DNA of 54,414 bases from Chiloscyllium plagiosum (lineage: Eukaryota). Of the stretch, positions 1-13,064 are shown one piece after another. The notes under the pieces are model-generated. The model saw nothing but the letters and a program-made list of their open reading frames with translations. It made no database searches and was not told where the DNA came from. The stretch covers positions 1-54,414 of the forward strand of contig NW_025214900.1 of the NCBI RefSeq assembly GCF_004010195.1. The letters are read 5' to 3'. Within the stretch, counting starts at the first letter, position 1, and each line of letters begins with the position of its first letter. The position numbers and the translations under genes were made by a program.

Positions 1-230
1 TCTCGGATGATTGCGAGTCTTTGGAATTCCCTTCCTCAAAAGGCAGTGAATGCAAAATCTTTAAACATTTTTTAGGGCAGAAGTCGATACATACTAGATT
101 TACCAAGGGATGAAAGATATTTGGAGATCCGCAGAAATGGGAAGTTGTGATTAAAATCAGATCAGTCATCGTCTTATTGAATGGAGAAGCAGATTCAAAG
201 GGCTGAGTGGTTTCTTGTTTATTTTTTGTA
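1..230 (+). mobile_element. Degenerate CR1-type LINE 3' end fragment
   Basis: Contains CR1 3'-region motifs (TGGAATTCCCTTCCTCAAAAGGCAGTG ... GAATGGAGAAGCAGATTCAAAGGGCTGAGTGG) resembling other CR1 tails in the window. Confidence 0.7.
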
Positions 231-254
231 TGTTCATATATACTATTCCCAAAC

Positions 255-1040
255 TTGCAGATGTTGCAAAACCGGGTGAGAAGGCAAGCATTGAGAGTGG
301 CATAAAGATTCTACAGAGGAACATAGACAGGTTAAGTGAGTGGTATAAAAACTTGATAGATGGAACATATTGCAGGAAAATGTGAGGCTATGCACTTTGG
401 TGGGAAGAGGAAGAACTGAATATTATTTAAATAAAGGAAGACTGCAGGTCTTGTGCATAAACCTAGAAAAAGCTAAGGAAATCTTGCTAACACTATGCAA
501 GGCACTAACCAGATCACAGCTTGAATACTGTGAACATTCTTGGTCATCTTATCTAAGGCAAGATTTACTGGCATTGGATGCAGTACAGAGAAGATTCACT
601 AGGTCAATTCCAAGTATGGAAGGGTTTTCTTTGAGGAGGGATTGAGTAGGTTAGGCCTGTACACAGTGTGCAAAAGAGTAGACAGCATCCTTATTGAACA
701 GCCAAAGACTCTTAGAGTGCTTGAGAGGTTAGATGCTGAGGAATTGCTTCCCCTTTTTGGGAATCTAGGGCTAGAAGGCACAACTGGAGAGTAAGCAGTT
801 GTCCATGTTCTTCTCTCAGAGGGTAGTGGATCTGTGGAATTCTTTACAGAGGGCTAGAATCAAAGGTTAAGTATATTCAAGACTTCTTTTTATCTTCTTT
901 TTATCAGTAATAAGGGAATCAAGAGTTAGAGCGAAAAGGCAGGAAAGTGATGTGGAGGATTATCATGATCTAACTGAATGGTGCAGTAGACACAATAGGT
1001 CAAAAAGCCTACTTCTGCTCTTGCATCTTCTGATCTTATG
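255..1040 (+). mobile_element. Degenerate CR1-type LINE, RT C-terminus plus 3' UTR
   Basis: ORF 370-645 contains LTRSQLEYCEHSWSSYLRQDLLALDAVQRRFTRSIP, matching the CR1 ORF2 pattern seen in the 26363-26638 ORF (LVRPHLEYC...WSP...ERVQKRFTRMLP). Confidence 0.85.
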
Positions 1041-1299
1041 CCCTTGCTTGTTATTCAAATTATCTAGAGTTCGATCATGTCCCTCTCCATGAACTCCGAC
1101 CCAACTTACACTTACATCTTCACCAACCTTTCATTTAACTTCAATTATTCACTTCAAAATTCTAGTCCTCATTTCAAATCTCCCGTATTAGCACATGCTT
1201 TTAAGAAAATCCATTCAAACCATTCCTCACCATCCAATGTGCAGATTCTAAACTGTCATGACCCTGCTCTCAGATTCTGTCCAACTGTCTTACCACCTT

Positions 1300-1465
1300 G
1301 GTGAAAGCGAGGACTGCGGATGCTGGTGATCAGAGTTGAGAGTGTGGGGCTGGAAAAGCACAGCAGGTCAGGCAGCATCCAAGGAGCAGGAGACTCGACG
1401 GTGATTCTTCTGCTCCTCGGATGCTGCCTGACCTGCTGTGCTTTTCCAGCATCACACTCTTAATT
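1300..1465. mobile_element. PLE-derived inverted-repeat (hairpin) insertion, family A
   Basis: Arm GCTGGAAAAGCACAGCAGGTCAGGCAGCATCC is followed by its reverse complement; 15-bp TSD CTGTCTTA(C/T)CACCTT at 1285-1299 and 1466-1480. Confidence 0.85.
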
Positions 1466-1574
1466 CTGTCTTATCACCTTCTTTATGTCTCTCTGCCTTC
1501 AAGAGTCCCTTAAAAATCTTTCCTTACTGTACTTTAATTTTTGTTCAATTTCCTATTACTTCTGGGTGACACCA

Positions 1575-1770
1575 CAGTGTCTGAATCATGAGTTCAACTT
1601 CTTGTGCAAGACTGGAGGAATCAGTTTATGCTGATAATGTTGCATACTAACCTAAGGGAAGTCCTGTGTGTCCACTTCAGATGGAAATAATTTATTATGT
1701 TAGCACTGTGAGAGCACTGTGCAGAGAACCTTGCTGGTACTATGAACAATATTCTTCTCTCAACCAGATT
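1575..1770 (+). mobile_element. Highly degenerate SINE, possibly DeuSINE/SacSINE-like
   Basis: Weak resemblance to the 21725-21980 element and to the recalled shark Deu-domain SINE layout. Confidence 0.35.
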
Positions 1771-1883
1771 ATTTATTTCATTTACTCTTTGTGAAGTGCT
1801 GGTGTGAAAACTAGTCTATCCTTACAAAATAGCAGTGACATAATTTCAGCAACATAATTAACTATGAAGAAGTCCTGATCATA

Positions 1884-1965
1884 TGATGAAGAAGCAGCGC
1901 TCCGAAAGCTAGTGCTGCCAAATAAACCTGTTGGACTATAACCTGGTGTTGTGTGATTTTTAACT
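1884..1965 (+). mobile_element. PLE terminal fragment, family B, with 5'-clipped hammerhead motif
   Basis: TGATGA-A-GAAGC-AGC-GCTCC-GAAA-GC-TA-GTG then AAACCTGTTGGACTATAACCTGGTGTTGTGTGATTTTTAACTT; same family as 43173-43390. Confidence 0.8.
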
Positions 1966-1999
1966 TCAAAAATACAGATCATTGATGACGGCTTAGAGA

Positions 2000-4900
2000 A
2001 CATGAATTTCCGCGAAAATCTGTTCGAAAAAAACAATTCCAGGTACCGAAAACATTTTCTAAACACTTGAGGTTGTGATTGGAACATTGGAACCATCTGC
2101 ATTTCAATGGTACAATGAGCTCCTAGCCTGAATACATGAACGGTCTTGTGCTGAGTTCAAAGATCATGGATTAGAGTGTCTCCACGGCAGCTCTTTCAGA
2201 TAGATACTTCTGTACTGTGTTCTTGGGTACACAGCTGCATTCTCGGAGATGTCAGCTTTCAGTTACATGTTATGCTCATCCAGGCTAAATTTAAAGAATC
2301 CCAAAACACGGTTGGAAGAACGGCGGGAGTATTCTTCTACGTTATTGGCAAATGTTTATTTCTTCAAACAATATCACCTCGACACATATCTTTGTCTCGC
2401 TGTTTTTTTTTTGCGGGACCTTACACTGTGTAAATTGGCTGCCACGTATCCAATAATAGGAGATTCCACTTTTTAAAACCACATTACGGAATGTAAAATA
2501 TGTTGGGGGTGTGGAGGTGGTGAAAGGCGCCTTATAAATGTCAGTCGTTTGCTCTAAATCAAAATCAAATGTTCGCCTGCATCCCCTTCTCATTGGCCGC
2601 AACCGATTACAACTACAGGCGAGTTTGGGCCACTAGCTCGGTGCCAGTAACAAACACATTCAAGAGGGCATTGGGTAAAAAAAACAAGGGGATGGAGGAA
2701 AAGTAGGAGATTGACATTCAGTAGTGACACACATTTGCTTCCTTCTGTATTTGTTATACCGTGATCAGTACTTTGGGGATATGTGGAATATAACAAATAA
2801 AAAATATAAAGTCGTGTGTGCATTTTCCCCTTGATATGAAATTGTAGCCAGGAATCTAGTTTAAATCCAGCTAACCGAGTTTACCGTTCGACATTCTCGA
2901 ACGGCTGGGGATGTTTTGATTTACAGCGCAATGTCTTCGTCACATGAAGTGCATTAAACTCAAGACCTTTCCCGGTGACAAGTGTGCGCAGAGATACAGC
3001 AGCCTGGCGATCCAGTTCACATCTCGGTTCTGTCCACGAGTGTGCTACAGCCGAGAAGTGAACTCCAGATGAGCTGGATGGAACAGATTTGCAGGAGCAC
3101 AATGAGTAATGGCGTGTCAGCAGGTAGAGGGAGCGCTTTCACAGTCACGGCTGACGGTCGCCTGAGGCAGTGAGAGCTGCACAGCCTCCCATACACCCGT
3201 CTGCACCGCAGAGGAAGAATGACGCCGTGCCTACAAAGGAACATCCCAGCCTGTTGGGAGCAGAGAGGACAATGATCGCCAACAGCAAGCTAGTCCAGTC
3301 CGAATATTCAGCACTGGAATGTAATTTACAAAGTTAATCCGCACAGTCGTCAATAGAAAACTGGATTTTTCAGCAGAAGCTGTTAGATAAATAACAGATC
3401 AAACATTAGATACCTCAATAACCAAGGGACTAGATTCAGCGAAATCTTTACAAAATTAATTGCTACACAAACCAATACCTTCGGACAAATCTAACAGGGG
3501 CAGAAAATGTAGCTTTTCCGATCATGGGGATCCCACTCCCATTGTTCTCCGCCACACATCGCTCAGGTCGATAAGAAAGGAACTTCTACCTTGCACAGCA
3601 CGTTGCACTTCGCAACACGCCTCTTCAAAAAGATTATATTCATAAAAAGTCATCCATTGAAAGAAGCGGTCTGCATTGCAGAAAGCTCAAAGTGCACGGT
3701 TTAATAAACTACAGACTGGGTTAATGAAACCCAGTGCTGTCCGCAAAAATGCCCAATCTGAGTGCACAAGGCTCGAAACCACCACATTCATACATCTATT
3801 TCCTAGTAGATTCGAACCCCCACCCTGCCACGAAAGAGTGAATCATAAAAGTCACATACAACAGTAAAATCCATGTTTGAAGCATCAGAACTATGACTCC
3901 TGTAATTAAACAGTGTATTCTATCAGTGGACCTTCTCCTCAGTGGGAGGGACTGCACATTTACCAAATACAAAATGCGCGAAAACAGTAAATAAGTCGCT
4001 AATAACAGCAACAGATGATACTTCAGATCGACCTCAAATGAAAAGGTTAAATGACTCAAGCGATACGAGTAATCAAAGCTTGGCTCTTTTTCTCCAAAGG
4101 ATCAGTATCGGTGGGAAGTCTTGAAAGATTCGAGGGGAAAACTGTCGAAAATACATCTGCCAGCACGTTCACCTTACCACCAATATTTTTTTTGTAATAG
4201 AAGCAACGTGCCATGGCTCCGAAAAAAAGGCAGCTAATAATGCCAGTAAAATTCGTGAAATATTAATGAAAAATGTTTGTAAAATAAGCCTTTGGTAGGT
4301 TACAAGAATCTGGTCGATCAATTGACAGATTGGGTTTCATCAACCAGTGTCTTTTTTCGTAAATAGATTTTAAAACACAATAATGTTTTAACCGAGTTTA
4401 AATAGGTCAAAGAATGATGCTGAATAGTGTTGCTGCTGAGGGCGAATGTCTCTTGAATAAATGCATTATACAACACTGACAACTTCCTGATTGATCTTCG
4501 GACGTTAGCTGGCAAACAGCTAGTCCGGCGCATGCCAGTTTACAGTACTTGGGTTGGTGCGAAGACTCACATTGCTTCCAGCTCAAACGTTTAGTAAATT
4601 TACTGCAGCGATGGTAGTAGTGGGGCGTGAGGAATTTGCTGTCTTCACCCCACCCCCACCCCCTCCCACACAACCCCAATAAAGCACCAGAACGGACCAA
4701 CTGGTTAACTCTGCATACTTCAGTCTGATCGCAAAGTTTAAAAGGAAAGCGGGTTCCAGTGCAAAGTGAAATACACAAGTTTCACTTGTGAAACTATTAA
4801 ACCTAGCGGTATTCTGATAAACAGCAAATGCGATTGTCTCTCAAACTGAATTGGTTACGTACACCAATGAAAAGTGACAGCGTACATAGCAAGAGAGCTC

Positions 4901-5600
4901 CAGCTTATCTTCGGTAGATTTTCCTTTCTCAGCACCAGAGGTTTTAGTAACTACACCAGAGAAGGATATTCTCCATCACTGCTACACCTACTCGCGACGT
5001 CATAACCAGGCAATTTACAGCGGATGTTATCTATCCACCTTTACTATCTGCTCTCAGATCTCTACAGCGGGTCCTACATCCTGTCATAAGTGCTAAGCAA
5101 CGACAGTACTCGAAGGTATACCAGTCCCTGACTGGCTGCAGATTAAAACGCAGCGACCCATTTTTGTTTCGTGGAATTTAGTGTCCACAGTATTTTTCAT
5201 GGGTCACCTTTCAGAGTCTATTATTTTTTTTTAAAATCGCAAACATAATTTCACCCATTTTAATTGTTTTTGAAATTAGACAACTGGCATTTCTTCCATT
5301 TTTGGCATCATTAATTTTTAAAAGACACTTTTTGAAGCCCTTATGGAGGAAACAGGTTTTTCACTTCAGAAACGCCAAAGGACTAACAATAAGTGAGGCG
5401 CGCGCACACACACAAAGAGTGGCAGACCCTTTCAGTACTGTACTATGACATTAGTCTTTCCTGCAGGTCAGAGCTCGGCCAAAACTTCATGCAAGTAAGT
5501 AGAATGATAAAATCAAACAACTCAGAAACAGTTGGACGCCATTTGGCCATCACATCCGCGCCATTTAGCGGAGGGGATGCCGACTTGGTCGCACTCCCTT
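2000..5600. promoter_or_regulatory. CpG-retaining unique block (candidate non-methylated island / regulatory region)
   Basis: CpG visibly frequent compared with 10300-12600; no recognised repeats; CCAAT, GT-box, TATA and CRE-like motifs present. Confidence 0.5.
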
Positions 5601-5605
5601 CCTTA

Positions 5606-5854
5606 AACAACCATCTAAGGTCACTTTTACTCATGTGAACCTTTTATATCCCAATTGAAATTTTAAGTTCAGTCTTGAAAATAAATGAAAGAACAGAGAA
5701 AGTTACTCACACATTATTAGGCTCTGGGCCTTGTTCTAGTAATATATCCACACTACCATATCCTCAGGCAATACTCGTTTTGAACTCCTGAACAGAACCA
5801 TCTTCACTGTTCAAATGAAACCATCAAAATCTTTTTCCCCAAAGATCTCAACTT
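5606..5854 (+). repeat. Local duplication, copy 1 left part (continues at 7819-7866)
   Basis: AACAACCATCTAAGGTCACTTTTACTCATG...CCCCAAAGATCTCAA aligns closely with 9729-9975. Confidence 0.95.
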
Positions 5855-6130
5855 ATGAGTCATAGAGATGTACAGCATGGAAACAGACCCTTCGGTCCAA
5901 CCCATCCATGCCAACCAGATATCTCAACCCAGTCTAGTCCCATCTGCCAGCACCCAGCCCATATCCCTCCAAACCCTTCCTATTCATAGACCCATCCAAA
6001 TGCCTCTTAAATGTTGCAATTGTACCAGCCTCCCCCACATCCTCTGGTAACTCATTCCATACACGTACCACCCTCTGTGTGAAAATGTTGCCCCTTGGGT
6101 CTCTTTTATATCTTTCCCCTCTAACTCTAA
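5855..6130 (-). mobile_element. CR1 3' end, interrupted; resumes at about 7755-7818
   Basis: Reverse complement of the CR1 tail (GAGTCATAGAGATGTACAGCATGGAAACAGACCCTTCGG); ORF fragment FRVRGERYKRDPRGNIFTQRVVRVWNELP. Confidence 0.9.
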
Positions 6131-6385
6131 ATCCTCGGATGACTGTCTGTGTAGAGTTTGCACATTCTCCCCGTGCTGTGCAGGTTTCCTCCAGGTGCTC
6201 CGGTTTCCTCCCACAGTCCAAAGATGTGCAGGTTAGGTGAATTGGCCATGCTGAATTGCCCATAGTGCTAACTGCAATAGTCAGAGGGAAATGGGACTGG
6301 GTGAGTTACTTTCAGAGGGTCGGTATGGACTTGTTGGGCCAAAGGGCCTGTTTCCCCACTGTAGGGAATCTAATCTAATCTAATC
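6131..6385 (+). mobile_element. 5'-truncated HE1-type (V-SINE) SINE
   Basis: V-domain-like GAGTTTGCACATTCTCCCCGTG...CCGGTTTCCTCCCACAGTCCAAAGA and (AATCT)n tail; matches 50968-51275. Confidence 0.9.
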
Positions 6386-6447
6386 AAAAGCAGCTTTGTA
6401 CAGTCAGAAATAATCAGCAAATCTTTAAAAAAATGTCAGGAAATGGG

Positions 6448-7759
6448 TAAAGGTGGATAAATCCCCAGGTCCTGATCAGGTGTAAAAAACCCTAGAACTC
6501 TGTGGGAAGGTAAAAAAGTGATTGCTGAGCCTCTTGCTGAGATATCATGTCTCATTGATAGTCACAGGTGAGGTGCCAGAAGACTGGAGGTTGGCTAATG
6601 TGGTTCCACTGTTTAAAAAGGGTGGTAAGGACAAGCCAGGGAACTATAGACCAGTGAGCCTGATGTCGGTGGTGGGCAAGTTGTTGGAGGGAATCCTGAG
6701 GGACAGGATGTACATGTATTTGGAAAGGCAAGGACTGATTCGGGATAGTCAACATGGCTTTGTGTGTGGGAAATCATGTCTCACAAACTTGATTGAGTTT
6801 TTTGAGGAAGTAACAAAGAGGATTAATGAGGGCAGAGTGGTTGATGTGATCTACTTGGATTTCAGTAAGGCATTCGACAAGGTTCCCCATGGGAGACTAA
6901 TTAGCAAGGTTAAATCTCATGGAATACAGGGAGAACTAGCCATTTGGATACAGAACTGGCTCAAAGGTAGAAGACAGAGAGTGGTGGTGGAGAGTTGTTT
7001 TTCAGATTGGAGGCCTGTGACCAGTGGAATGCCACAAGGATCGGTGCTGGGTCCTCAAATTTTTGTCATTTACATAAATGATTTGGATGTGAGCATAAGA
7101 GGTACAGTTAGATAGTTTGCAGATGACACCAAAATTGGAGGTGTAGTGGACAGCGAAGAGGATCACCTCAGATTACAACAGGATCATGACCAGATGGGCC
7201 AATGAGCTGAGAAGTGGCAGATGGAGATTAATTCAGATAAATGCGAGGTGCTGCATTTTGGGAAAGCATCAGAAAAGATTTACAAGGATGTTGCCAGGGT
7301 TGGAGGATTTGTGCTATAGGGAGAGGCTGAACATGCTGGGACTGTTTTCCCTGGAGTGTCGGAGACTGAGGGATGACCTTATAGAGGTTTACAAAATTCT
7401 GAAGGTCATGGATAAGGTAAATAGGCAAAGTCTTTTCCCTGGGGTCAGGGAGTCCAGAACTAGAGGGCATAGGTTTAGTGTGAGAGGGGAAAGATATAAA
7501 AGAGACCTACGGGGCAACTTTTTCACACAGAGAGTGGTACGTGTATGGAATGAGCGGCCAGAGGAAGTGGTGGAGGCTGGTACAATTGCAACATTTAAGA
7601 GGCATTTGGATGTATATTTGAATAGGAAGGGTTTGGAGGGTTATGGATCGGGTGCTGGCAGGTTGGACTAAATTGGGTTGGGATATCTGGTCGGCATGGA
7701 CGGGTTGGACCGAAGGGTCTGTTTCCATGCTGTACATCTCTATGATTCTATGACTCTAT
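6448..7759 (+). mobile_element. 5'-truncated CR1/HER1-type LINE (RT domain, frameshifted, internal deletion near 7268)
   Basis: ORF 6522-7115 has NYRPVSL, QHGF, DFSKAFD and PQGSVLGP, followed by FADD (TTTGCAGATGAC) out of frame; (CTATGA-like)n tail; lacks about 290 bp retained in the 26095-27033 copy. Confidence 0.95.
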
Positions 7760-8434
7760 GCCCTCTAGCTCTGGACTCCCCAGCCCCAGGGAAAAGACTT
7801 TGCCTATTTACCCTATCCTTCAACAACCCAAGTCTTCCTTTCGTTCCGCATACTTAACATGATCTAATCTATGAAAATATGATCTTATAAATTCTCTAAC
7901 TTGCTGGAATTTTGAACATGATTATGTGGGAGGACCAAGCCAGGGTGGTCTTCATTCAAATTTACGTACAGATTTATCACCAAATTAAGCTGGTTGTGGC
8001 AACTTGACAAACAAATGTATATTTTTCTGAATCACACACAAATACTGTTTTCACAGCTTCCAGTTTTTTCTCATGTCTCCTGAAGAAATTTATTTATGTA
8101 ACTAACCTTTTATCACTTGGCCATCATAGTTAGTGTGGACTGTGATTGCCAACCAGTCATGCATCACTGCAGTCTTCATCCAGGCCCATATCAATGGACT
8201 TCCAAATACTAAGCAGAGAGACACCAAAATGTTTTTTGTTTCTCTTTGTCCAGGGAATATGGGTACAAATGAGACAGTTTTACATTATTGAACAGTGTGA
8301 TCAACAAATCTTTTAAAAATCAATTGTCCGGATTCAGAACTTACAAGTAACCCTGTAATTTATTGTCCATCCCTCGGTGGTGATGGCTTATTTTGAATCA
8401 CTGTGGTCGATGTTTAAAGTTGTCTGGAATTAAA

Positions 8435-9090
8435 AACTGGAGTGAGCCATACAGTCCCTTGACCCTGCTCCACTATTTCATCAGATATGGCTGATCCAAT
8501 TGTAGCCTTAACTCCACTTCTCTGCAAGCTCCCCATAAACATTTGACTTCATTGTTGATCAAAAATGTGGCTAACTCTGCCTCCAATGCACTCTGGAGAA
8601 GAGAATTCCGCTGACTAGCCATTCTCACAAAAAACTCCTCCCATCTCAGTGTGAAATAGAGATCCCCAACGTTAAAACTCCTTTGTATGGGAAACTCAGA
8701 ATTCACCCTGTCAAGTTTCTTCAGGTTCTTATACATTTCAGTGAGATCATAATTACCTCTTATAAACTTCAATGGACACAGGACTAACCTGTCCATCCTT
8801 TTCTCATTCCAGAATTAATTAAATATATCTTTGCTGAACTGTTGCTCATTTCTACACAATACTGCAGATGTGGTCTCACTAAAGTCCTATTCAACTGCAG
8901 TAACATGTTCCTTTTACATTCTATTTGCAATTAATTCCAACACAGTATTTGTTTTCCTAATTACTTGCAACCCCTATATACCAACATTTTTCGGATTCAT
9001 GCACCAGAGCAGCCAGATCAATTTCTGCCAGACTTCTGTAGTGTCTCTCCATTCAAACAATGTACAGCTTTTTTATTCTCCCTGCCAAAT
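8435..9090 (-). mobile_element. Old CR1-type LINE fragment
   Basis: ORF remnant DLTEMYKNLKKLDRVN...EEFF...RNSLLQSALEA resembles the CR1 ORF2 C-terminus. Confidence 0.7.
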
Positions 9091-9728
9091 TGGGTGAGTT
9101 GCTGTAGGAAGAGGTTAAAGATTGAATCACTTTGATTTGCAATCACAAATAAAAAGAGGTACATCAAAGGAGGAGACAAATCAGCCCATTGTGCCATGGC
9201 AGCTCTATGAAAAGGAAATCCAATTAGTCCTATTCCCCAGCTCTTCCCCAACATTCTTGCTATTTGTTTTAATCTTTAAGTATATATCAATTTCCTATTT
9301 GAAAGCTGCTACGGAATATCCTACCATCCTTATAGGCAGTACATTCTAGATCATAATAATTCATTATGATTTCTTTAAGCCTAAACTGGGTAAGGATGGC
9401 TAATTTCCTTCTCAAACTCAGGATCACTGTTTAAATCTAAAGTGGTTGCCTATTTAAGATAGATGAATTATCTTAAAGGGTCAAGAGCTTTTGGAACTCC
9501 AAAGGGAATAGAAGCAGCATGTTTGTATATTTTTAAGGCAGAGGTAGATAGAATATTGATAAACAAGGACTGTAAAGTTATCAAGGGGAGGTACGAATGT
9601 GGAGTAAGCAGATCAGCCATGATCTGTGAGTAGTGTAGCAAGTTGAGGGGCAAAGTGGTTCATATTTGCATAATTCTCTGAAAGACAATAAGGATTGGAT
9701 GTTCAAATGCAAAAAATGTTAGGTTTTT

Positions 9729-10023
9729 AACAACCATCTAAGGTCACTTTTACTCATGTTAACCTTTTATATCCCAATTGAAATTTTAAGTTCCGTTTTG
9801 AAAATAAATGAAAGATCAGAGAAAGTTACTCACACATTATTAGGCTCTGGGCCTTGCTCCAGTAATATATCCACACTACCATATCCTCAGGCAATAATTC
9901 TTTTGCACTCCTGAACAGAACCATCTTCACTGTTCAAATGAAGCCATCAAAATCTTTTTCCCCAAAGACCTCAATTTCAACGACCCAAGTCTTCCTTTCA
10001 TTCCACATATTTGACATGATCTA
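9729..10023 (+). repeat. Local duplication, copy 2 (uninterrupted)
   Basis: Colinear with 5606-5854 joined to 7819-7866. Confidence 0.95.
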
Positions 10024-10094
10024 TTCTGTAATTTCTTCTAATCCATCATTTCTATTTCTTCAACCAAAGGATCTCTCTAAATTTCAAATAACGT

Positions 10095-10260
10095 TGATAC
10101 TGCTTTGTGCACCTCCTTGGCATCTGTAACCTTGTATGTCTTGCTCTGACTAAGCACCCTATGATCTGTACGTCCTCGTGTGCTATGATGTGCCTGTACT
10201 ACTTGCAAAACAAAACTTTTCGTTGTACTTAAGTACACGTAATTACAATAAATCAAATCA
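10095..10260 (+). mobile_element. LINE 3' UTR fragment, Rex1/Babar-like
   Basis: 3' terminus AAAACTTTTCGTTGTACTTAAGTACACGTAATTACAATAAA(TCAAA)n resembles recalled Rex-Babar tails. Confidence 0.45.
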
Positions 10261-12773
10261 GGTTCTAAATTTAGTCTTTTTTTAAATGTTAAAAGTTATA
10301 CATTTAATGACTGTTACACAGCACAATAAGGCAATCTTAGCCACTAATAATTGCTATGCAACATTACTTAGATATGCTTTAATCTAAAACAAAATCATGT
10401 TCAGTTTTGCATGATCTTGCAAACAGTACTTGTCTGGAAATTGCATAATGTGCCATCGTACACTAACAGTACAATTGGCCTGAATTATGAAATTATCTCA
10501 AGTGGATTCACAGCTATCAGACAGTACTCAACTCCTGTTGTAGTCTCATGATATTCACTGGTGACACAATTCTACAGTATTCTGGCCTGCTGATAAGTCT
10601 AGAGTTTCTGTTGACACTGGAGATTTTGAATCAGTATTAGCCCAGGAATGGACTAACACGTTCTCAGTGTTAAGTAATGTAAGTGATTATTATTCATTGG
10701 TTGAGGTTGGATGGTGAATATTGGCAAATTACCTAAAGTGTAGAGGTCATCACAGCCTGGGCTGATCAATTCCTTACTCACATACATACACTTATGATTG
10801 TTCACTAGTGACTAAAATAGGGAACTTAGTCAATTTCAATACTCTAACATAGGAATTCTGTGCTCAATCACAATACTGGGTCAGAGTGGAGTAAGACATT
10901 AGTTTAACTCAATGCAATCCCTCTCCTATAATATTAAGAAATGGTGACTGTATTTATTAGCCATTTTTCAGATTGACTTGAACAGATGAGGTGAGGTGGC
11001 AAGGAGATGATGATTGAACAACTGGGGTTCTTGCTCTGACTGTACAATTACATCTTGAATTTCTGTTCAAGCTGGAATTGCCTACATTTCCCTATGTAAT
11101 GAACAAAGTAGCATCTGAGATGTTATCCAAGCTGCTGAAATACAATTCCTGTATTCAATAAATAATTTCAACAGATATTACTTGTTGATATGGATTATTT
11201 TATTTTATTGTTTGACTGTATGTGGAGGTTCACAATGAAAAAAATGGAGTAGCATACTATTTGAAAAATGAATAGAGGAAGAGTTAATGTCACAACTGGT
11301 TCATGTCACAAAATACATCCTTTCACATTTGATTGAGAAACAATAGGAAATTGCAATGGCAATCTCAATGGGTGGTGGAATAAAACAATGGAAATTTCCA
11401 TTTGTGCATGCTAGGAGTCATGTGGTTGTATATTTGACTGTCAAATACAGCATTTATTGCAAGAATAATAAAATATACTCATTCGAGCATTATATTAACT
11501 TCCTCCCTTACTATTAATTCAGTGTATGTTTACTGGGCTGGATATATTGACATTTACTAATTGCACACCAATATTCACTCTTACAGTAGCACATATAGAT
11601 TTCCACTGGTTATTTGAACAGATCTTTAGGGAACTAAAGACTTGTACTATATTATTGCAATCATAAGTGAGATCTGTCTACTCTGATTGGAGGATATTGC
11701 AAGGAAACAAAAACTAAAAATCTGAGCTGAATTTACAATACAATTTCTTCAACATTGTGATTTCTGTATGACCAACTACTAGAGAATAAGTAATTAATTA
11801 GCATCCACTAAATTAGCATTTAAAACTTCCTTTATTTTAGACAAATATCCAACAGTCCAAGCTACCTGCAGTATTATCAGAAGTTGATTTAAAAACATTC
11901 CTTAGCAATTTACACATGCTTGACATATTCATCACAGAAAGATTGTAATCACTGGACTTGGATCCATTAAACTTTTAATAATTTCAGTCTTTTCTGTTTT
12001 CTCAAATTTTCCTTGTAAATTAAGCTACTAAAGAGAACTAGGTAAATAACACTACTATTAATGAACAACATTTTGGCCATGAAATAGTAAATGAACATGA
12101 CGATGTGGCTGCAATTCACATGAGGCACAACATGTGGAAATCAGGAGATTTTTCATAAGAAATACAAAAATGAAACATTGATATATGGATGATTAGCACC
12201 ACACAAACTTTCAGCGACGGCTTTTAATTATCAGTTCAAATTTAGATAAGAAAGAACCATGCTTCATATTCACCATTTATTAATGTGCTAATTTATGTTC
12301 TTTTTAAGTATGAAAAAAGTAACTCTAGCAATAGATTCCAGAGCTACTGTTCAATGATCTAGAATTAAAGTACCAGAATTAACAGATAGTGAAGGGTGAC
12401 TATTTTCTTGATGACTCATACTAGTTTTGCAAAAGACCCCTAATGAAAAAGTTCATAAACACTAAAACATCAGTAATATGAATGAACAAACTGCAAGGCG
12501 ACATCTGCCATCCAGTGAAATGCATTGTCAGATGATGCAGTTAAAATGATGCAAGCCACACAACATTTATAAATCCTCTGGGTCAGACTGATTCGGCTTA
12601 AATTACACTTGCAATCCTAAATATGTTTGTAAAAAATTACAGTTTACAAAGTCGCTGTTACATCCATGTCAAGCAGATTGATGCACAACACCTCATTAAG
12701 CCCTCCCCCACCTCAAACGTACAAAGTTTTAGGTTTTATCTTGAATTGTTATTTGGTTCGCCTTTCTTTCTAA

Positions 12774-12944
12774 GTTCAAGTGTGTGGTGCTGGAAAAGCA
12801 CAGCAGGTCAGGCAGCATCCAAGGAGCAGGAGAGTTGACATTTTGGGCAAAAGCCCTTCAACTCTCCTGCTCCTCGGATGCTACCTGACCTGCTGTGCTT
12901 TTCCAGCACCACACTCTCAACTCTGATCTGCAGTCCTCACTTTT
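12774..12944. mobile_element. PLE-derived inverted-repeat insertion, family A
   Basis: Inverted arms; partial antisense hammerhead in the left arm; exact 14-bp TSD GCCTTTCTTTCTAA at 12760-12773 and 12945-12958. Confidence 0.9.
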
Positions 12945-13064
12945 GCCTTTCTTTCTAATTGTCAGGAGGGAGTGTGACTATTACAACTGGCATTATTTAT
13001 TGCTGTTTAGAGGGGTAATCATCTCCACTCATGCCACTATTGTTCAATGCCACATATTTCTTGA

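Noticed and set aside
10401..10423. TCAGTTTTGCATGATCTTGCAAA resembles antisense miR-19
   Set aside because: Seed mismatched and no complementary arm to form a pre-miRNA hairpin
10972..10990. Possible 19-nt microexon (TTTTTCAG|...GAG|GTGAGG); similar 8-nt candidate at 38203-38210
   Set aside because: Not frame-preserving and no gene context; such matches are expected by chance
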